Part shown: positions 49,791-63,230 of the stretch, piece by piece
Position numbering within the stretch: position 1 is the stretch's first letter
Layout of the letters: every line of letters starts with the position of its first letter
Assembly: GCF_964213995.1 (NCBI RefSeq)
Contig: NC_135804.1
Coordinates: 67,766,001 to 67,830,000, forward strand
From: Mustelus asterias
Taxonomy: Eukaryota
DNA length: 64,000 bases
Direction: 5' to 3'
The notes under the pieces: model-generated
Databases searched by the model: none
Told to the model about the DNA's origin: nothing
What the model saw: the letters and a program-made list of their open reading frames with translations, nothing else
Translations under genes and position numbers: made by a program

Positions 49791-50599
49791 TGCTTGACAA
49801 CATCACTGTTTTCCAAATGCTGTGCTATGAAATCCCTGATAATGAATTCTAGTAACTTCCCGACTACCAACGTTATCCTCACTTATCTATAATTCCCTGT
49901 TTTTTTCTCTAACTCTCTTCTTGAATAGATTGGTTAAACATTCTCTCGCCTCCGACCTGTAGGAACCATGCCAGAGTCCAAAGAATTTTGTAAAACGACT
50001 AAAATTGATTTCTATTTAAAGTCCCACTTCCTTAAGTATTCTGAGCTGACGAGTATCCAGCGCTGCAGATTTTTCCGCCTTCAGTCCCATAAATTTCCAC
50101 AAAACCATTTCTCTATTAATACTGATTTTCTCCGGCTTCTCACTAAAATTTGTGTTGCGAAGAACTTCCGATACATTATTTCTGTCTTCCTTTGTGCAAA
50201 CAGAAGCAAAGTACATATTTATTTCCTCAGCCAATTTATTGTTCCACCTTATGAAATTCCCCCTAGCTGAATGCAAAGGGCCTACATTCGTTTTTGTTCA
50301 TCTCTTTTTTTTTGTTGCATACATTAAAAAACGTTTACAGTCAGGTTATATGTTCCCCATTAGCTTGCTTTCACGTTATAATTTCTTCCTCTTCATCAAT
50401 TCCTTGGTCCGCCTTTGCTGAAAGTTTAAACTGCTCCCAATGCACAAGTCTATTTGTTTTTCTTGCGAATTTTTAAGTTTGTTATTTGAATATAAAACAA
50501 CCTCTAATTTCCCTTGTTGGACATGGTTGGCCACGTTCCATTTGTACTCTCGCGCAAAATGGGAATACACAACTTTTGGAGTTAACCTGTTCATTCCTT

Positions 50600-50890
50600 G
50601 CATACCTACGATTCTCGCCAATTTTTACAGATGCACGATAGAAAATGTGCTTTCCGGATGTATCACAGCTTGCTACGGCTCCTGCTCTGAGCAAGACCGC
50701 AAGAAAATATAATGGGTTGTGAACGGAACCCAGTCCATCACGCAAACCAGTCTCCCATCCATTGACTCTGGCTACACTTTCCGTTGCTACAGAAAATCCG
50801 ACAGCATAATTAAGGAGCCCACGCACCCCGGACATACTCTCTTGCAACTTCTTCTGTCGGGAAAATGATGAAAAATTACTGTGGACCAGG
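50600..50890 (+). mobile_element. Rex1-type LINE 3' fragment
   Basis: LANFYRCTIENVLSGCITACYGSCSEQDRKK. Confidence 0.75.
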
Positions 50891-52670
50891 CACAGATTGC
50901 TGAGGCACAACGCTGATCATAGGTTTCCAGTTTGAACAAACAAGCGTCTATTAGCAAAGTCTGTGTTCTGTCGTCAACCAATTTAGTATCCATCTGGCTA
51001 CCTCACCTGGATCCTGTAAGATTTAACCTCATGCAACAACCTACCACGTGGTACCATATCAAAGGCCTTGCTAAAGTCCAAGTAGACAACATCCACTGCA
51101 CTGCCCACATCTACCTTCTTGGTTACCCCTTCAGAAACTCAATCAAATTCATGAGACATGACCTTCCACTTACAAAGCCAAGCTGGCTGTCCCAAGTCAA
51201 TCTTTGCCTCTCTAAATACCTGTTGATCATGTCTCTCAAAATACCTTCTAACAACTTTACCAATACAGGCATTAGTCTCACCGGTCTGCAGTTCCCAGAC
51301 TTTTGAATACATCCCTTCGGAAACAAGGGCACTATATTTGCCATCCTCCAATCTTCAGGCATCTCACCTGGGACTGCTGATAATTCAAATGTGTTTTCTA
51401 GGAGACCTGCAAATTAGTCCCTAGCCTCGCACAACTTCCTGGGGTACACTTCACCAGGTCCTTGGGTTTACCTACCTTGATGCGCTTTAACACTTCCAAC
51501 ACCTCCTTCTCTGTAATATGTTGGCTCCTCGAGGCATCACTATTTATTTCCCCAAGTTCTCTAACAGTAAATACTGATGAGAAATAGTTCTTAATGATCT
51601 CACCATCTCTTGTGGATCCACACATAGATGGTCTTGAAGATCCTTAAGAGGCGCTATTCTTTCCCTAGTTACTCTTTTGCCCTTTATATATTTGTAGAAG
51701 CTCTTAGAACCATAGAACCATAGAAACCCTACAGTGCAGAAGGAGGCCATTCGGCCCATCGAGTCTGCACCGACCACAATCCCACCCAGGCCCTACCCCC
51801 ACATATTTACCCGCTAATCCCTCTAACCTACACATCCCAGGACTCTAAGGGGCAATTTTTAACCTGGCCAATCAACCTAACCTGCACATCTTTGGACTGT
51901 GGGAGGAAACCGGAGCACCCGGAGGAAACCCACGCAGACACGAGGAGAATGTTTTGATTCTTCTTTGCCTTATTTGCCAACGCAAGGCCGTGTCCCCTTT
52001 TTGTCCTCCTGATTCTCTCTTAACTCAATGTCGACACCCTCTATACTCTTCCAGGGATCCACCTGACCCCAATTACCTATGCATGTTACATGTCTCCTTC
52101 TTCTTTTTGACCAGGGCTTCAATATCCAGTGTCATCCAGAGTTCCCTAATTCTACCAGCCATGCCCGTCACTCGAAAAGGAATGTGCTTACCCTGAAGCC
52201 TGGCTAACACAATTTTGAAGGTCTCCCACTTACCGGACGTCCCATTGCGTGCCAACAGATCCCCAATCAACTTCTGAAAATTTCTGTCTGATAATATCAA
52301 AATTGGACTTGCCGCAATTTAGAATTTTATTTTTTGGACCAGACCTACCATTCTTCTTAACTATTTTAAAACTAATGGAATGATGGTCATTGGTCCCAAA
52401 GTGATCCCGCACGAACACTTCTGTCACCTGACTTTCTTTATTTCCTCAGAGGAGGTTACGTTTGGCCCCCAATCTCCACCTCTTGTCGGGCCATCCACAT
52501 ACTGAAGGAGAAATTCCTCCTGAATACACACAAAAAATTTCTCTCCATCGAAGCCGCTAATGATATGGCTGTCCCAATCAATTTTGGGAGGTTAAAGCCC
52601 CCTACCACCCTACCTTTCTTGGAGTTTTCTGGAATCTGCTTACATATATGTTCCTCAATTTCCCGCTGTC
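50890..52670 (-). mobile_element. CR1 LINE ORF2 relic with a nested HE1-type SINE (~51712-51952)
   Basis: PEDWRMANIVPLF, SCLMNLIEF, KSFYKYIKGKRVTRERI and HFGTNDHHSISF motifs. Confidence 0.85.
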
Positions 52671-52677
52671 TTTTAAA

Positions 52678-52805
52678 GGATGCAAATTTTGAGCCAACAG
52701 CCAATCAGATTCACTGCTCTGCTTGCTCTCTGCTGGATTCTGAAAGGATGTCTGCGTCGAAGATGCAAATTTCGTGCCGACAGCCAATCAGATTCACCGC
52801 TCTGT
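52678..52805. promoter_or_regulatory. Duplicated octamer (ATGCAAAT) + CCAAT-box module
   Basis: ATGCAAAT-N13-CCAATCAG at 52680/52701 and 52763/52784, inside a ~45-bp direct repeat. Function is unproven. Confidence 0.4.
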
Positions 52806-53177
52806 TGTTCTTTTCTGGATATTTACGCTTTGAAACTCCGAGTGTGTCTTGTTCAGGTCCTCTATTTGGAAAGGCTGACTGCGAAAAGTATGCCAATTTT
52901 CAGCATTATTTTTCTCATAGTTAATTGCGTTCGTGAAGGTGAAAGTTATTGATCTTTTCTGTCTTGAATAACACCATGTAGAAGGTGGCTTATCTAGTGG
53001 GAGATGAAAATCAACCGGACTGCTGTGCTCGACAATCACAGAAAGGATAAAGTGGGATTAAATAAGATCCCGGTCGCTAAATAAAACCACTTTGTTAATG
53101 AAACAACTTGACAGTTTCTTGGTAAATTTAAGTGTTCTTCTGTATACCTAATATCATTCCAGGTTTATACAACGAAG

Positions 53178-53440
53178 AGCACGGTGGCACAGTGGTTAGC
53201 ACTGGGGCTGGGGTTCAATTCGGCCTGGGGTCACTGCCTGTGCAGAGTCGATTCATTCTCCCTATGGCTGCGTGGGTTTCCTCCGGTGCTCGGGTTTCCT
53301 CCCACTCTCCAAAGATATGGGCGGTACGTTGATTGGCCATGCGAGGTTGCCCCTTACTGTCGGCGGGATGGGGGGAGGGGGAGGGGCTAGCAAGGTAAAT
53401 AATCGGCTTGCGGGGATGCAATGTAGGATTCTCGGATTCT
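53178..53440 (+). mobile_element. HE1/V-SINE-type SINE, degraded
   Basis: GCACGGTGGCACAGTGGTTAGCACTG...GGGTTTCCTCCGGTGCTCGGGTTTCCTCCCAC. Confidence 0.75.
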
Positions 53441-54419
53441 ACGATTATTTAAATAGCACCCTATTGTGGAATATGTTTCCGCATGAAAGTGCTCAGGCCC
53501 TTGGTTTACAAGGCCGGTAAGAGGAGGAGAGTGCTGTAGTGTTTATATTTGTACGATGAATTTATCTTTGTATCTCTGTGGGGGCAAGGGTGAATTACCT
53601 ATCCCGATTGGTGATAGTAAGAAAACGTCTTCAACGGCTGAAATCCATGTGATGCACATTGACCCACAATGATTTTACGGAGGGAGGTATAGAATCTTGA
53701 CCTGATAACAGTGAAAATAATTTCATTCCAAGTCAAAATAGTGCGTGACATGGAATAGAACTTGCACGAACATATACCATGCATATGTCTTTCAAGCTGC
53801 TAGATTTCATGGGTGTAGATGACACTTTCAGTTGATTCTTATAAATGTTTCACAATGCTGCTACTTGCGATGTTAATTTTTGTATTGCTTTTAATGGAAA
53901 CTTGGAGAGCAGTCTTCAGTCGCCTCAATTGCAGCTTATGTTAGCAGGTTCATGTTATATGCTGAACATTTTCCTGCACTTCCTGCGTATGCAAACGAAG
54001 CATTCCCGTATCTAAAAATGGTGGACTGGCACTCGGCATCATGCAACCATCTGAAATATTAACAATTTTGACCTTAGGGAGGAGGAAATGTCATGGATGG
54101 AGCAGCTAAAGGTTTTTGGGCCTACGCTCCTGCACTAAGCAACACCTACAAATTGACTGGAGCTCATTAGCTACAAACAGTAACCTGTGGAATGTTACCC
54201 GACTCATATTGCCTTCAAAGTTGTTAGGACTCCTTGATGCAAAACACTGACAAGTTTAAAATTATATCCAATGCAGTCACTGTCACGTCATTGCTTGAGT
54301 TCAGTTGATCTCTCCATACTTTGGACAAGTAAACTGCTACTGTGTAGTGAAGAATTGCATTCATCTCATGTTTCTTGTGTCGGGTATGTTTAAAAATTTG
54401 AGCTGTTTTGCTTGCTATT

Positions 54420-57400
54420 GGAGGAGATAGTTTGGGATAATGATGTGGTTAAACAAGCCATCATAAGCGCCTATGGACTTGTGCCAGAGGCTTACAGATA
54501 GAATTTTAGAAATCTGAGCAAGAGACAAGGTCAAACATACGTTGCAATAGAAACAAAATCAAACAAAGTAACATTTTCAGGTGGGTAGGGAAACTGAAGG
54601 TAACATAGAAGTATGACACTCATAGGGAAACGGATATCTTGGATGAGTTCAAAAAATCACTTCCCGACGTAGTGATAACTCATGTGGAAGAACAGAGGGT
54701 AAAAACTGCGAGACTGGCACCAGAAATACCAAATGATTATCTGTTAGATGGTTAAACATGATTTGTGTTTCAAAATCTATTTCAATATGTGAGTGATAGA
54801 AACTGGGGAAAGAGAAATCATCAGGTCTCAACGGCAAAGTGTAATTCTTTGGAGACAGGAATGAGAATTTACCTCAGTTCAAATAGGGAATATGCGAAGG
54901 CGGGGTAGAGATAAAAAAGCCTCAGATGTTTTCATTGTGATAAAGTGGGAAAAACGATGTCACAGTGTTGGTGGCTTATTAAAAGCAGCAGGAAGATAGA
55001 CTTGGCAAAATAGCCAGTGGTGTTTGGTTCAGAGTCAAAGGAAATAATGGTTAAGGATAAATTTGTGCACATCATATTTGCTGTCCAGTGATTGTCCGAT
55101 CTCTTTCAATAGTTTCCTTGTCTGGATCAGGTTTACTCGTGTACAAGGAGGACTAGGTGAAGACGTTAAAGTTTTCAGGATACACAAGAAAGTCTATCTT
55201 CGATAGTGAGACCTATATAGTTCAGAAGGGGTATTGCCAGAAAAGGTGGTAAAATGTGAAATTCATGGTGAAGGGTGTTCCATTATATGTCCAAGGTTGG
55301 AGAGTGCAGTCAAATAAATAAAGTGGTCGTAGGAGTAATAAAGAAATTAATCTTTTCTGGAATACAGTTTATCCTGTTTAAAGACATGGCTGGATCACAG
55401 GTGGGAGTGATGGATACTGCGTTTGAAACGCCAGTGCAAAATGAGCTGTTGCAAGAAGCCATCATGGCATTTTTGCTGTCGGTGCAGTAACAAGATCAAA
55501 AAGCCACAGCTTGAGCCAGGAGGAGAAATCAAAGAGTAAAAATAAGGAGATTGAGGTTCAGTTATCATAAACCATTGTTGACCAAGTGACTGAGAAGAAA
55601 CAACAACAATGGGAGAATGAAACAAATATATTTAGGCCAGCAGAATTGGTCGAATGACAACGGAAGGATGCAGATGTAAAGTAGTTGTAACGGAAAGGAT
55701 ACCCAGAAGGAAAATCTGCGTGTATACCACAGTATTACATTAAAAATGACGTCTTGATGAGGAACGGGAGAACTTTACACGTTCAAGTAGACGAAAAATG
55801 TGCAGACGTTCATCAAAATGTATTAGTGGTGGGTTATATAAAGGAGGTGTTGCAGATGGAGTACGAGGTTCCAGTCGGAGGTCATGTAGGAGTAAGAAAA
55901 ACTTAAGCAACTGTACAGAAACGTTTTTCTTGGACTGGATTACATGATGATGTAATTTCATTTTGCCATACCCATGTCAGGCAATAAGAAAACCTCAAGC
56001 AGTCATCAAAGACGCACATTCAATAGAAATTTCAACATTTGAGGAACATTTTACGGGTGTCCCAATTGATTGTGTGGGACTCCTTCCGAGACCGTGTATG
56101 TTGACTATGATCGGTATGTCTACTAATTTCCAGCGGCCACTCCATTAACCGATAACACAGCAAATATTGTTGCTGAGGAGAGTTACTGCTTTTGACCAGT
56201 TAGGGACTGCAGACAAAAGAAAAACAATCAAATCATTGGTCAAATTTTATGTCAAAGCTGTTCAGTGAAGTATGAATAGCTTTGGAGTAAAACAATTCCA
56301 TAATCACGGGGAACGTCAGAACGGTGGCATTGGACATTAAGGTCAATGTTGAGGGTGTATCGAAAGGATTACCCAGAAGTTGGGATAAAGAATTCCATTT
56401 GTAAATTTTGCAATTAGGGATGTAATTATTACATTTGAATAGTTTGTTGGTCATGATTTAATGAGAACGACTTAACTTTATCAAGCATACATTGGTGAGT
56501 CAGCGTTCTGAGACTGCGTTATTAGACTATGTGTCAAACATTAGGGAGAGATTAGCTATACTTGGTAAGTTGGCCAGGCGCCATTTAAAAGTGGCACAGC
56601 AAGCGATCAACTTCTAAGCAGATACGAGATCAAAAAAATCATATCGTTGCTAGTGGAGGGAAAGAATAAGTTTTGTTAGCGCGGATAGGGAAACTCTTAA
56701 AAACAATGTTTAGTGGCTCTAATCAAATGAAAAGAAAATTGAGTGAGAGGAATTATTTGAAAATAATGCCAGAAAAAAGAACCATCACAGAGTATGTCAT
56801 GTGAATATGATCAAGTGGCATTTTGTAATGAAGGAAAGCAGAAGCAGCATGTGTTGCTTGTTACAACTGGGATAGAAAAAACAAGTAAATATATTATGAA
56901 TATGAAATTCCTCCAATTAAATTGGATGAGCAGGTAGATTTGATTTGAATTGATTAGATTTATTATTGTCACATGTATTAACATACAGTGAAAAGTATTG
57001 TTTCTTGTGCGCTGTACAGACACAGCATACCGTTCATAGAGAAGGAAACGAGAGAGTGCAGAATATAGGGTTACAGTCATAGCGAGGGTATCGAGAAAGA
57101 TCAACTGATGTAATAAAATGCAAGGTAAGTTCATTCAAAAGTCTGATAGCAGCAGGGAAGAAGCTGTTGTTCAGTCGGTTGGTACGTGACCTCAGACTTT
57201 TGCATCTTTTTCCTGATGGAAGAAGATGGAAGATAGAATGTCCTGGGTGCGTGGGGTCCTCAATTATGCTGGCTTTGCCAAGGCAGCGGCAAGTGTAGAG
57301 AGAGTCAATAGATGGGAGGCAGGTTTGCGTGATGGATTAGGCTACATTCACGACCTTCTGTAGTTCCTTGCAGTCTTGGGCAGAGCAGGAGCCATAGCAA

Positions 57401-57700
57401 GTTGTGATACAACCAGAAAGAGTGATTCCTATGGTGCATCTGTAAGAGAGTCGTAGCTGACATGGCTAGATTTCAGTAACTGGAACAAATTGTTGAGGTA
57501 CCTTCCGGAGTTATTAAAATCACATGGAGAAAAATGTGGGAATAAGCAAGTAAATACTATGAATACTGCTCCAATTCAGCATTATCTGTGTTTATATAAT
57601 CCTCTCAAATTCGCACAGGTTGAGAAAGATAAGTTGATGTTTATTCATCTGAGAAGCAGCAAACAAAGGTCTCCATCAGCCATGTAAAACGAGTGAAGGT
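54420..57700 (+). mobile_element. Gmr1-like Gypsy LTR-retrotransposon internal relic (SCAN-like gag, integrase before RT)
   Basis: VVKQAIISAYGLVPEAYR*NFRNLSKRQGQTYV (SCAN-like) at ~54420-54545; integrase-like FEEHFTGVPIDCVGLLP at ~56040; RT-start-like APIQHY..YNPLK at ~57570. Heavily decayed. Confidence 0.7.
56935..57475 (-). mobile_element. Rex1-type LINE 3' fragment inserted in the Gypsy relic
   Basis: (ATTTG)n tail plus TTATTATTGTCACATGTATTAACATACAGTGAAAAGTATTG, shared with the copies at 45990 and 48700. Confidence 0.8.
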
Positions 57701-57814
57701 GGAGAATGAAACCCCGTGACAGGACAATGATGAGAATAAAGAAAGTGAACAGGTAGGGAGACAGGAGCAAGACAAGTTGACAGAATTGTAACCTGTTCCT
57801 GAATTTTTGAAATT

Positions 57815-60800
57815 GCAAAGAACAAAGAACAATACAGCACAGGAACAGGCCCTTCGGCCCTCCAAGCCTGTGCCGCTCATGTGCCCACGAGAACATTCTT
57901 TTGTATCACTCTATTCCCAGTCTGTTCATGTGGCTATCGAGATAAGTCTTAAACGATCCCAGCGTGTCCACCTCAATCACCTTGCTTGGCAGTGCATTCC
58001 AGGCCCCCACCACCCTCTCTGTAAAATACGTCCCCTGACATCTGTGTTGAATCTTGCCCCCTTCACTTTGAACCCGTGACCCCTTGTGTTCGTCACCTCC
58101 GACCTGGGAAAAAGCTTCCCACTGTTCACCCTATCTATGCCCTTCATAATTTTATACACCTCTATTAGGTCGCCCCTCATCCTCCGTCTTTCCAGGGAGA
58201 ACAACCCCAGTTTACCCAATCTCTCCTCATAGCTAAGATCCTCCATACCAGCCAACATCCTGGTAAACCTTTTCTGTACTCTCTTCAAAGCCTCCACGTC
58301 CTTCTGGTAGTGTGGCGACCAGAACTGGATGCAGTATTCCAAATGTGGCTGAACCATCGTTCTATACCGCTGCAACATCATATGCCAACTTTTATATTCT
58401 ATGCCCTGTCCAATAAATGCAAGCATGCCATATGCCTTCTTCACCACCCTCTCCACCTGTGCTGCCACCTTTAAGGAGCTGTGGACTTGTACACCCAGGT
58501 CCCTCTGTGTGTCTATATTCTTGATGGTTCTGCCATTTATTGTATAGCCCCTCCTTACATTAAATCTACCGAAATGCATCACTTTGCATTTATTTGGATT
58601 AAATTCCATCTGCCATTTCTCCACCCAATGTTCCAGCCTATCTATATCATGCTGTATTCTCTGAGAATGTTCATCACTATCTGCAACTTCAGCAATCTTC
58701 GTATTGTCCGCAAACTTACTGATCACACCAGTTACATCTTCCTCCAAATCATTTATTTAGATCACATAGAGCAGAGGTTCTAGTACAGAGCCCTGCGGAA
58801 CACGAGTAGTCACAGACCTCCAACCGGAAAAAGACCCCTCCACTGCTACCCTCTGTCTTCTATGGCTAAGCCAGTTCTCCACCCATCTAGCTAGCTCACC
58901 TTTTATCCCCTGAGATTTAACCTTTTTCACCAGCCTGCCATGAGGGACCTTGTCAAACGCTTTACTAAAATCCACACAGACGACATCCACGGCCCTTCCC
59001 TCGTCAATCGTTCTTGTCACCTCCTCAAATAACTCAACCAAATTTGTGAGGCATGACCTCCCTCGTACAAAACCATGCTGTCTCTCGCTAATGAGATTAT
59101 TCAGTTCTAAATGCTCATATATCCTATTTCTAAGAATCTTCTCCAACAACTTCCCTATCACAGACGTCAAGCTCACCAGCCTATAATTATCCGGGTTATC
59201 CTTCCTACCCTTCTTAAATAACGGGACCACATTTGTTATCCTCCAATCCTCTGGCACCTCACCTGTGTCCAGTGAAGAGACAAAGATTTCTGTTCGAGGC
59301 CCAGCAATTGCATCTCTCGCCTCCCTGAGGAGTCTAGGATAGAAGCCATCCAGCCCTGGGGATTTGTCTGCCTTAATGTTTCCTAAAAAACAAAACACAT
59401 CCTCCCTTGTAAGTGAGATTTTTTCTAACGGGTCAACACATCTCTCTGAGACAATACCAGTCAACATGCCCCTCTGCTTTGTGAATACTGATGCAAAGTA
59501 TTCGTTTAGGATCTCACCTACTTCCTTTGGTTCTAAGCACAATTCCCCTCCTGTGTCCCTGAGAGGTCCGATTTTTTCCCTAACAACCCTCTTGTTCCTA
59601 ACGTTTGTATAAAATGCCTTAGGATTCTCCTTAATCCTGTCTGCCAAGGACATTTCGTGATCCCTTTTTGCCCTTCTAAATCCCTGTTTGAGTTATTTTC
59701 TACTTTCTCTGTATTCCTCCTGTGCTCCATCTGTTTTTAGCTGCCTGGACCTCATGTATGCCTCTTTTTTCTTTTTGATTAGACGCCCAATTTCACTGGT
59801 TATCCACGGCTCCCAAATCCTACCTTTGCTATCCTTCCTCTTTACAGGCACATGCCTGTCCTGCAGTCCTATCAACTGCTCCTTAAAAGACTCCCACATG
59901 CCAGATGTGGATTTACCCTCGAACAGCCTCTCCCAATCAACAGCCACCAAATCCTGCCTAATCCGGCTGTAGTTAACCTTCCCCAATTCACTACCTGTAG
60001 GACACCACTCATCTTTTCCCATTACTATCCTAAAGTTTACAGAATTGTGGTCACTATTTGCCACATGTTCCCCTACTGCAACTTTGATGACCTGAGCGGA
60101 CTCATTCCCCAGTACTAGGTCCAGTATAGCCCCCTCTCTAGTTGGACTGTCAACATATTGTTCCAAAGAACTGTCCTGTACACAATTTATAAATGCTTCC
60201 CCATCCAGGCCCCCAGCCCTAAGCGATTTCCAGTCTATTTGAAGGAAATTAAAATCTCCCACTACAACAACCCTATTTTTTCTGCACCTGTCCAGAATCT
60301 CCTTACATATCCGTTCCTCATCTTCCCGTGGGCTGTTGGGAGGCCTGTGGTATACCCCCAGCATAGTGACTGCGCCCTTCCTGTTTCTGAGCTCCACCCA
60401 CAGTGACCCGTTACCTGACCCTTCCATATTGTCCACCCTCTGTACCGCTGTAATATGATCCCGAACGAGCATTGCTACTCCCCCATCTCTCCTCGCCCCT
60501 CCTCCGTCTCATCTAAAACACTTATACCCCGGAATATGCAGCTGCCAGTCCTGTCCTTTTAACCAAGTCTCCGTCACTGCAACCACATCCAAGTTCTGCG
60601 CAAGCATTAAGACTCTAAGCCCTTCTGTCTTGCCCGTGACGCTCCTTGCATTGAAGCATATGCATTCCAGACTTCCAGGCCCACTCAGGTCATCATCCCC
60701 CAGAATGCCCTTCCTCTAAGATAGCCTTGTCTTGGCCCCAACCTCGTCCCCAGCCTCTATGCTTATTGACCTATTGGTCTGATCCCCACCCCCCTGCCAC

Positions 60801-61405
60801 ATTAGTTTAATCCCATCCGAACCACACTCGCAAAACTCCCAGCTAGGATATTCGTACCCCTCCAGTTTACGTGCAACCTGTCCTTCTTGTACGGGTGCCA
60901 TCCTCTCTTGAAGACTTCCCAGTGGTCCACGAATTCGAAACCCTCCCCCCTGCACCAGTCCCTTAGCCACGCGTTCAGCTGTGCAATCTCCCTGTTCTTA
61001 GCCTCACTGGCTTGTGACACTGGGAGTAGTCCAGAGATCGCTACCCTAGAGGCCCTGCTTTTTAGCCGAATACCCAACTCCCTGAATTGCTCTTGCAGGA
61101 CCTCCCTGCTCTTTCTGCCGACGTCATTTGCACCAATGTGGACAATGACGTCTGTCTGGTTACCCGCCTTCTTTAGGATGCTTCCTACCCGCTCAGTGAC
61201 ATCCAGGACCCCGGCATCAGGGAGGCAGACTACCATCCTGGAGTCTCGGTCACGCCCACAGAACCGCCTCTCTGTGCCTCTAACCATTTCATCCCCCACT
61301 ACTATTGCTCTCCTCGTTCCCCTCTGTCTCTTCTGAGCCACAGGGCCCGATTCCGTGCCAGTGAACTGGTCACCGTGGCTTACCCCTGGAGGGTCATCCC
61401 CCAGC
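57815..61405 (-). mobile_element. Near full-length CR1 LINE (partial ORF1 esterase domain + ORF2 EN/RT)
   Basis: ORF1 60802-61341 (AIVVGDEMVRG, VHIGANDVG, DRLHVN); ORF2 pieces 59693-60472, 58757-59653 and 57977-58747. Same subfamily as 24799-27682. Confidence 0.95.
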
Positions 61406-61519
61406 CCCCCCCCCCCCCCCCCCCCCCACAGTATACTTACCTAAATATAAATAGCGGGGTTGTCAAAAACAGCTGACCAACTATGCGAAGGAAAATGCAG
61501 ATCAGTCAACAATCATGTT

Positions 61520-62000
61520 TTTAAAAATTTATTAATGTCACGTGTAATGCAGTGAAAAGTATTGTTTCTTGCATGCTATACAGGCAAAGCATACAGTGCA
61601 TGCAGAATAAAAGGAAGAGTGCAGAATTTCGTGTTTCAGCCATAGCTAGATTGTAGAGAAGGATTAACTTACTACGAGGTAGGTCCATCCAAATGGCTGA
61701 TGGCAAAAGGGAAGAAATTATTATTGATTGGTACATGACCTCAGACTTTTGTATCTTTTCCCCAACGGAATAAGGTATGTCTGAGTTTCACAGGGTCCTT
61801 GATTATGCTGACTGCTTTTCCGAGGAAGTGCTAAGTCTAGACAGAGTCAATGGTTGGGAGGCTTGTTTGCGTGATGGATGGGGTGTCGTTCATGATACTT
61901 CGGACTTTCTTGCGGTCTTTGACAGAGAAGTAGCCATACCAAGCTGTGGTACAGCCAGAAAAATGCTTTCTATGGTGCACCTCTAAAGCTTGGTGAGTGT
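61520..62000 (-). mobile_element. Rex1-type LINE 3' fragment
   Basis: Homologous to 56935-57475. Confidence 0.7.
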
Positions 62001-62004
62001 CATC

Positions 62005-63230
62005 GAGTCATAGGGTCATAGAGGTTTACAGCATGGAAGGAGGCCCTTCTGCCCAACGTGTACATGCTGCCCTTTTTTAAAAATCCCTGAACTAATCCCA
62101 ATTGCCTGCATTTGGCCCGTATCCCTCTATACCCATCTTACCCATGTAACTGTCTAAATGCTTTTCTAAAGTCAAAATTGTAACCCGCCTCTACAACTAA
62201 CTCTGGCAGCTTGTTCCAGACATTCACCACCCTCTTTGTGAAAACATTGCCCCTCTTGACACTTTTGTATCTCTCCCCTCTCACCTTAAACCTATGCCCT
62301 CTAGTTTTAGACTCCCCTATCTCTGGGAAAAGATATTGACTATCTAGCTGATGTGTGCCCCTCAATATTTTATAGACCTTCATAATATCACCCCTCAGCC
62401 TTCTATGCTTCACGGAAAAAAGACTCAGTCTGTCCAGCCTCTCCTTATAACTCAAACCATCAAGTCCCGGTAGCATCCTAGTAAATCTATTCTGCACTCT
62501 TTCGAGTTTAATAATATCCTTTCTGTAATAGGTGACCAGAACTGTACACAGTATTCCAAGTGTGGCCTTACCAATGTCTTGTACAACTTCAACAAGACGT
62601 CCCAACTCCTGTATTCAATGTCCTGACCAATGAAACCAAGCATGCTGAATGCTTTCTTCACCACTCTGTCCACCTGTGACTTCACTTTCAAGGAGCTATG
62701 AACATGTACCCCTATATCTCTTTGTTCTGTCACTCTCCCGAGCGCTGAGTAAGTCCTGCGCTGGTTCAATCTACCAAAATACATCACCTCGCTTTATCTA
62801 AATTAAATTCCATCTGCCATTCGTCAGCACACAAGCCCAATTGTTCAAGATCCCGTTGCAATCGGAGATAACTTTCTTCACTGTCCACTATGCCACCAAT
62901 CGTGGTGTCATCTGCAAAGTTACTAACCTCCTATATTCTGATCCAAATCACTAATATAAATGACAAATAACAGCGGACCCAGCACTGATCCCTGAGGCAC
63001 ACCGCTGGTCACAGGCCTCCAGTTTGAAAACCAAACCTCTACAACTACCTGTCAAAAATACCAATTTTGTATCCATTTGGATACCCCTCGCTGGATCACG
63101 TGAGAGTTAACCTTATGCAACAACCGACCATGCGGTACCTTGTCAAAGGCCTTGCGAAAGTCCATGTAGACAACATCAATTGCATTGCCCACATCTACCT
63201 TCTTGGTTCGCCATTCAAAAAACTCAATCA
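62005..63230 (-). mobile_element. CR1 LINE 3' fragment
   Basis: VVYMDFRKAFDKVPHGRL, RPHLEYCVQFWSP and YKERLDRLSLFS motifs. Confidence 0.9.

Larger units (their letters stand above)
45295..50560 (-). mobile_element. Old CR1 LINE fragmented by nested Rex1 and SINE insertions
   Basis: CR1 motifs at 45689-45883 (RSHLKYSVQFWPPY), 49122-49489 (MLGPQLYTLRMNDLD, TNLLEFF) and 50016-50276 (NMYFASV). Confidence 0.7.

Noticed and set aside
57815-61405. Currently active autonomous CR1
   Set aside because: ORF2 is broken by stops and frameshifts, and the ORF1 N-terminus and 5'UTR are missing.
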